From: Deltaproteobacteria bacterium
Lineage (GTDB): Bacteria; Desulfobacterota; Desulfarculia; Adiutricales; Adiutricaceae
Assembly (NCBI GenBank): GCA_031264015.1
Contig: JAISET010000169.1
Coordinates: forward strand, 1-33,387
Length of the DNA: 33,387 nucleotides
Direction of reading: 5' to 3'
The notes below the pieces were generated by a model. That model saw only the letters and a list, made by a program, of their open reading frames with translations. It was not told where the DNA came from and searched no databases. The position numbers were made by a program, and so were the translations under genes. Positions 28,459 to 33,387 of this stretch are shown here, piece by piece (position 1 is the stretch's first letter; every line of letters begins with the position of its first letter).

Positions 28459-29750
28459 AGGATTCTCAAAGAAAAGTGTGCCAAAAACTTTACCAATTCT
28501 CATTGAAAAGCGTGCCATGATAAAAAATGACATGTCTTATGCTCATAAATATGCGCCGCTATGGCGCGCTAAAGTTGGAAGTCTGATGTTGAGAAAGTGT
28601 TCAGGGAGCAGTTTGGAGGATTGTTCAGAGGGGTGTGCAAGGCATCAGCGGCTGTTGTTCAGAGATTGTCCGGCGCCTGTTCAGAGCCTGTTCATAAACT
28701 GTTCAAAAGTCGTCACAGTCACGACATAGTCGGGCGCTTAAGATTTTATCCTGACGACCTGCCGACAGTTTTACAAATTGTTGAAAAGGTTGTCGAAAAG
28801 TTGTCCAGGCGTGTGTTCGGCGGCAGTTCATGTATGTTCAAAGGCTGTCAGACAGAATCTCTGATTGTTCAAAAGTGTTCAGAGCGAGTGTTGAAACCGA
28901 TGTTCGCATGACGTTCAAGGCGTTCATAACATGTTCGGAAAGTTGTGCAAACGGCTGTCGAATGATTGTGCGGCGGCCGTTCACAAATAACTTCCACTCA
29001 GGAAAGCCTGGCAGAATAATCATTGAAGCCGACTCGGGCCAACCCTTTTCCCCTCCCCTTTTTTTCATCCCCCATCCCTCCGTTCCCCTTTCCCCTTTCC
29101 CCTTTAACTCTTCAACTCAAACCCCTGCTTGATCATTGTCAGACAACCAGGCGCCAGCTTCATGAAAAACGACTGTCCAAAGCCCTGTCCAAAGCCATGT
29201 AGATGGAGTTGTTCAAAAATACTCGCCTGCCTGTTTATAAGCTGTCTGTTCGATTGATTGGACGCGGTTCATCAGGCTGTTCAAACCAACCGTCTTCCCC
29301 GCCCCGCGCTTCTTCCTTGGACCCTGTTCAAAAGCTGTTCAAAACTTACTCAATTCTAGAAATAGCGCCGCTTCACAGCTTCGTTTTTTCAGGACGTTCA
29401 TGGAATTGACAAATAAAAATATCCCAAAATTGTTCGTTAATCTGTAATAAGAAAGATGCCATGACAAAAACTATTAATTTTTCGCCTATATTTGTTGTTC
29501 TGGAATTATTTTTAAACGGCCGTCCATGGCGCGTCCATCCCGTCTATTTAATTCTATTCTATAAATGCTCGGAAGCAGTCGCGACAGTCCGGTCCGGCCT
29601 TAATAACGAGCTTAACCCCGTTCTGATGACGCCGTCCATGGACATTTGGCCAAAAACCACTGTTCACCCCCCGTTGGAAGCCGGTGAAAGTTAGTTTGGC
29701 TGTTCAAAGTCTGTCGCAAGTTGTGTTTGACAGGCTGTTCAAAGATTGAA
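28458..29750 (+). repeat. array B: second CTGTTCA-type 10-12-bp periodic array, about 1.3 kb, same orientation as array A
   Basis: e.g. gtgttcagggagcagtttggaggattgttcagaggggtgtgcaaggcatcagcggctgttgttcagagattgtccggcgcctgttcagagcctgttcataaactgttcaaaagtcg; ctgttcaaaagctgttcaaaac; ggctgttcaaagtctgtcgcaagttgtgtttgacaggctgttcaaag. Confidence 0.8.
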
Positions 29751-29879
29751 AACACCCAAAAAGTCTACAAAGCACCCGACTATGTCGGCAAACGTTCCCG
29801 CCGCCGCGTCCGCCGCGGAGGTTCACAGGGTGTCGGTCGCAACGACGGGCGGAACAAGGCGGGTATGATCGCCGACGCG

Positions 29880-29985
29880 GATAATGTATGTCGCGGGGAG
29901 GATAAGGACTTGTCAGGACTGATAAGGAATGAAGACAAGGACTGATGAGCGCTGAGGATTAAGTTCTGAGGATAAGGACCGCGGC
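29880..29985. repeat. about 5 tandem degenerate copies of GGATAAGGAC-like units (about 13-bp period) downstream of the pspF-like gene
   Basis: gaggataaggacttg / tgataaggaatg / agacaaggactg / gaggattaagttct / gaggataaggaccg. Confidence 0.6.
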
Positions 29986-30033
29986 GACGCTTTTTCGACG
30001 GCCGGCCGGTGTCGCGGCCGGCAGTGTTTGCGA

Positions 30034-31221
30034 CTAGCCGAGCTTGCGCCGCAGCGAACGGAAGCGGTGGTAGGTCATGCCCAGGAGCTCCGCCGCCCTG
30101 GCTTGGTTGCGCCGCGCCTCCTCCATGGCCCGCTCGATTATTTCCAGGCTCCTGCGGCGGATGATGAGGTCGAACTCGCCCGGGGCCAGGGGCAGGCTGA
30201 TTTCCTCGTCGTCCGGCTTCGGATATTGCCCCGGCTTCGCCCCCGTCCGATCTCGGCGAAACTCTTGTTCCCGAGAAAATTCCCGATCCCGGGAACGCTC
30301 CCCCTCCCCTGAAAACTCCCTTTCCGAAAGATGATCCCGCTCCCGCCCCGCGTCGTCGCCCTCCTGCCGCGGCCCGTCCGGATAAAGCTCCTCGTCAAAC
30401 TCCAGCAGTTCCGGGCCGATCATTATCTGCCCGGAGACGGACCCTTTCTCGTCTTGGCCGTCCCCGCCGCCGTCCTCGTCCGAGTCGCCCCGCGCCCGGT
30501 AGACGGCCCTCTCGACGACGTTCTTGAGCTCGCGGACGTTGCCGGGCCAGAAGTAGGTGTCGAGCTTGCGGAGGGCCTCGGGGGTGAAGACGGGCATGAG
30601 CTCCTGGCCGAGCTCCCGGGCCATGCGGGCGCCGAAGAAATGGGCCAGGTAGGTGACGTCCCCCGGCCGGTCGCGAAGAGGCGGCAGGGTGACGACCTCG
30701 AAACTGAGGCGGTCCCAGAGGTCGGGCAGAAAGGCGCCGGTCCGGCACATCTTTTTCAAGTCGGCGTTGGTGGCGGCGACCACCCGGACGTCCACCGTCA
30801 TCTCGCCGGAGCCGCCGACCAGCTGGAAGGAGCCGTACTCCACCACCCGCAAAATCCTGGCCTGGGCGCCGGCCCCGAGGTGGCTGATCTCGTCCAGAAA
30901 CAACGTCCCGCCGTCGGCGGCCTCGAAGCGGCCGGGCCTTCTGCCGCGCGCCCCGGTGAAGGCCCCGGCCTCGTGGCCGAAAAGCTCGGCGTCTATCAGG
31001 CCAGGCGAGAGGGCGGCGCAGTTGAGGGCGACGTAGGGCCCCTGCCAGCGCCGGGAGAGAAAATGCAGCCTGGCCGCGGCCAGCTCCTTGCCCGTCCCCC
31101 TCTCCCCGAGGAGCAAAACCGGCCGGTCGACTTTGGCCGCCCGGGAGAGCCGCTCCTTGACAGCCAGGATGCTCTCCGAGGCGCCCAGCAGATCCGGGAC
31201 GATGGAGGAGGGCCCGCTCAT
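30034..31221 (-). CDS. pspF: PspF-type sigma-54-dependent transcriptional activator: AAA+ enhancer-binding domain with no N-terminal regulatory domain, and a C-terminal HTH after an acidic/Arg-Glu-rich insert
   Basis: Almost colinear with E. coli PspF: LLGASESILAVKERLSRAA, PVLLLGERGTGKELAAARLHFLSRRWQGPYVALNCAAL, ELFGHEAGAFTGA (GAFTGA motif), GRFEAADGGTLFLDEI, VRVVAATNADL, TYFWPGNVRELKNVVERAVYRA, and a C-terminal AAELLGMTYHRFRSLRRK HTH. The start ATG at 31221 overlaps the stop of the upstream gene (ATGA). Confidence 0.85.
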   Translation of the reverse strand: MSGPSSIVPDLLGASESILAVKERLSRAAKVDRPVLLLGERGTGKELAAARLHFLSRRWQGPYVALNCAALSPGLIDAELFGHEAGAFTGARGRRPGRFEAADGGTLFLDEISHLGAGAQARILRVVEYGSFQLVGGSGEMTVDVRVVAATNADLKKMCRTGAFLPDLWDRLSFEVVTLPPLRDRPGDVTYLAHFFGARMARELGQELMPVFTPEALRKLDTYFWPGNVRELKNVVERAVYRARGDSDEDGGGDGQDEKGSVSGQIMIGPELLEFDEELYPDGPRQEGDDAGRERDHLSEREFSGEGERSRDREFSREQEFRRDRTGAKPGQYPKPDDEEISLPLAPGEFDLIIRRRSLEIIERAMEEARRNQARAAELLGMTYHRFRSLRRKLG

Positions 31222-32327
31222 ACGAGGCGGCTGGTCCCGCTGGCGGCGGCGGCGGCCGAGACGGCCTCGGCCATGGCGGAGACCAGGTCGGACTTGTCCA
31301 GGCCCGGGACGATGAGCTCGGGGGACAACTCCGCCTCGGGCACCAGCCGCGACAGGGCCATGGCGGCGGCCATCTTCATGGGGGCGTTGATGGACCTGGC
31401 CCGGGAGTCCAAAGCCCCCCTGATGAGCCCGGGGAAGACCAGGCTGCCGGTCAGGCGCCCGGGCCTCTCGTAGCCCGTGTCGGCCAGCACCGCCGCCTGC
31501 TCGAAGTCGGCGCCCTTTTGGTCGGTCAGGTTCAAAACCACGGCGCCCTCGGCCATGGGGGCGACCACCTCGCGCCCGGGCGGGCCCGCCTGGGAGACCA
31601 GGATCAGGACGTCCGCCCCGGCCAGCGACTTGGTCAGGCTGCCCTTGACCTGCCTGGGGTTGGTCTTCAGGGCCAGCTCCTCCTTGATCCAGTTGGTCAC
31701 CCCCGGCCTGCCCCGGTGGATGGCCCCGGTGCGGTCGCAGACGACGATGTCGGCCGCCCCGGCCAGCCGGAAGAAGTCGACCACGGGCAGCCCCTCGGCC
31801 TCGGTCCCGGCGATGACCAGCCTGATCTCGGCCATCTTCTTGCCCACCACCTTGAGGGCGTTCAAGACCGCCGCCAGGCAGAGGACGGGCAGGCCGTCCT
31901 GGGTGTCGTGGAAAACGGGCAGCTCGCCCAGCTCCTGGACGCGCCGCTTGATCTCCAGGGAGGTCGCCTCGCTCATGGCCTCGAGGCTGACGGCCCCGAA
32001 GGAGGGGGCCAGGGCGCTGACCGTCCTGACCACGTCGTCGGCCGTCCTGGCGTCGACGACCAGCGGGAAGGCGGCGATGTCGGCCAGGCGGCCCATCAGG
32101 CGGGCCTTGCCCTCCACCAGCGGCAGGGAGGCCAGCGGCCCGACGTCCCCCAGGCCGGGGACGCTCGAGCCGTCGGTCAAAACGGCCACGCTGTTGTACT
32201 TGTCGGTGAGCCTGTGGGCCTGCCCGGGGTCGGCGGCCAGCGCCCTGCACGAGTCCAGCGCCCTCGAGAAATAGTCCCGGTCCTCGTCCGGGTTCCTGTC
32301 GGGTTTCTTGACGGTTTGTGGGACCAT
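31218..32327 (-). CDS. maeA: NAD(P)-dependent malic enzyme, short (about 370-aa) type
   Basis: AVLTDGSSVPGLGDVGPLASLPLVEGKA, FGAVSLEAMS, PVFHDTQDGLPVLCLAAVLNALKVVGKK, ADIVVCDRTGAIHRGR, ALKTNPRQVKGSL and FPGLIRGALDSRA match the conserved blocks of short malic enzymes. Confidence 0.8.
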   Translation of the reverse strand: MVPQTVKKPDRNPDEDRDYFSRALDSCRALAADPGQAHRLTDKYNSVAVLTDGSSVPGLGDVGPLASLPLVEGKARLMGRLADIAAFPLVVDARTADDVVRTVSALAPSFGAVSLEAMSEATSLEIKRRVQELGELPVFHDTQDGLPVLCLAAVLNALKVVGKKMAEIRLVIAGTEAEGLPVVDFFRLAGAADIVVCDRTGAIHRGRPGVTNWIKEELALKTNPRQVKGSLTKSLAGADVLILVSQAGPPGREVVAPMAEGAVVLNLTDQKGADFEQAAVLADTGYERPGRLTGSLVFPGLIRGALDSRARSINAPMKMAAAMALSRLVPEAELSPELIVPGLDKSDLVSAMAEAVSAAAAASGTSRLV

Positions 32328-32642
32328 TTTTTTCCTCGTCGGCGGCGGGGCCGGGGCCCGGCGTCCGGGCGCCTCGGAAAGACAGTTCCGGCGCGGCGGG
32401 CGTCATGCCCCGGTTTGATTTTCAAAACGTCCTGGCGAAAGGCGTCGGCGTCAAATTTACAATCTGTTCGATTTGTTCCTGGCTTGCTCCGAGAAAAAAA
32501 TCTGTCTGAAAACCCGTGGGTTCGGGGGGCGCGGGGAGAGGCTTAAAACCGCCCCCCCTCCCGAAACTCCGCCGGTCAAAATTCCCGGCCCGGCAGTTGT
32601 CCTGCCAGCCGCTGCTTGTCTAATCTGATCTATCCTATTCTG

Positions 32643-32697
32643 GCAAGCGTTCACGGGGTCCCTGGTGACCCCTGCCAGGGACCCCGTGAACGCTTGC
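32643..32697. repeat. perfect 23-bp-arm inverted repeat (gcaagcgttcacggggtccctgg / 9-nt loop / ccagggaccccgtgaacgcttgc) abutting copy 2 of the 100-bp element
   Basis: Read directly from the sequence. No convincing T-run follows. Confidence 0.85.
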
Positions 32698-32798
32698 TTA
32701 TAGATTTTCAACGAATTCAGTATTTTTGACAAGGATTGTTGGCAAGTTTAAGACAAATTGTCCTGGCAGTTTTAGGACAAAATAACTTGGTGTTAACA
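32698..32798 (+). repeat. about 100-bp iteron-like element, copy 2 (direct repeat of 28358-28458)
   Basis: About 6 mismatches over 100 bp relative to copy 1. Confidence 0.85.
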
Positions 32799-32922
32799 CT
32801 GGGGGGAACTGAATGGTTACAAAATATCAGCCTCTTTTTCGATACCAGCGACAGTACCATCAAGAAAAAACGTTGGGGCCATCCACTGTTTTTCGCCGAA
32901 TTATGGCGGATTCGCCTAACCC

Positions 32923-33387
32923 TCACTCATCTCTTCCCATCAGGGCGAGACTCCTGCCCCTCCCATAAATCCCCAGGCCAATTTTGATGACCTTCCAGGC
33001 CCGGCCCTCATATGGCTGGGCGTATTTCTTCTTGTCGATGGCCGCCAAAGCGTCCTGGGCCAGTTTGGCCTGTATTTCACTTATTTCCGCCTCGGTCGGG
33101 CCAGGCCTTTTCTTCCTCCTGGCGACCTTCATTCCCGCGTCCCCAGGATCGTCATCCTCGCCTTTCTCATACTTCAGCTCGATGACGGCGCGCAGGCCGT
33201 CATCAAAGACGACCACCATGTCAGGCGTTCCAATGGAGCCAGGCTGCTCCGCCAGAGAAATGACCGCTCCGGGCATGTCGTACAGATAGCCATGCAGCAC
33301 GCTGTGGTAGTAAGACTCCTCGGGACGGTGGCGTATGGCCGGGATGGAGCCGAAGATGGAGTTGACCAGTGTTGACAGACCCTCGGC
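32923..33387 (-). CDS. C-terminal PD-(D/E)XK nuclease domain (PDDEXK_9 / DUF1703-type) of a predicted AAA-ATPase-like protein. The 5' end lies beyond the window.
   Basis: The frame stays open upstream of the annotated Met to the window edge (…ESYYHSVLHGYLYDMPGAV…). The motifs ESYYHS, VIELKYEKGE and AL.QI..KKY are typical of this family. Confidence 0.55.
   Translation of the reverse strand, partial: AEGLSTLVNSIFGSIPAIRHRPEESYYHSVLHGYLYDMPGAVISLAEQPGSIGTPDMVVVFDDGLRAVIELKYEKGEDDDPGDAGMKVARRKKRPGPTEAEISEIQAKLAQDALAAIDKKKYAQPYEGRAWKVIKIGLGIYGRGRSLALMGRDE

Overview
The window is high-GC (roughly 65-70%) Gram-negative chromosomal DNA. The Tol system, a TolC-like protein and a sigma-54 enhancer-binding protein fit a Desulfobacterota-like anaerobe, but this is only an inference. 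Several low-GC accessory islands interrupt it.

Supported content, in order:
- A degraded ISAzo13-family transposase at the 5' end (324-1647, minus strand, multiple frameshifts).
- A periplasmic thiol-redox and envelope cluster: CcdA, two paralogous secreted thioredoxin-fold proteins (one with a twin-arginine signal), an M48 lipoprotein peptidase and a TolC-like outer membrane channel.
- A PhzF-family isomerase.
- An intact IS1634-like (IS4 superfamily) transposase gene. It sits between inverted arrays of a GGGAGAAC/GTTCTCCC motif that repeats about every 18 bp.
- A minus-strand three-gene operon: an SPFH (YdjI-like) protein fused to five C-terminal zinc ribbons, a 4-TM membrane protein, and a 716-aa protein with an N-terminal zinc ribbon, TM helices, a Ser-rich 24-bp-repeat linker and C-terminal MORN-like repeats.
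- A hydantoinase/oxoprolinase-family gene.
- A tolQ-tolR-(small repeat ORF)-tolA/tonB-like cluster.
- A roughly 5.5 kb low-GC region. Two arrays of a CTGTTCA motif, each about 1.3 kb, repeat every 10-12 bp in one orientation. They flank a 2.7-kb island carrying an AbiEii-like nucleotidyltransferase gene (with an in-frame stop) plus two neighbouring ORFs.
- A roughly 100-bp direct repeat made of three 23-bp iteron-like units. It brackets a 4.4-kb segment encoding a PspF-type sigma-54 activator translationally coupled to a small malic enzyme.
- A partial PD-(D/E)XK/AAA-ATPase-family gene at the 3' edge.

The most unusual items are the CTGTTCA arrays, the inverted motif arrays around the IS1634-like gene, and the SPFH-zinc-ribbon operon. 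All functional calls rest on motif and domain recognition by eye. No database search was possible.
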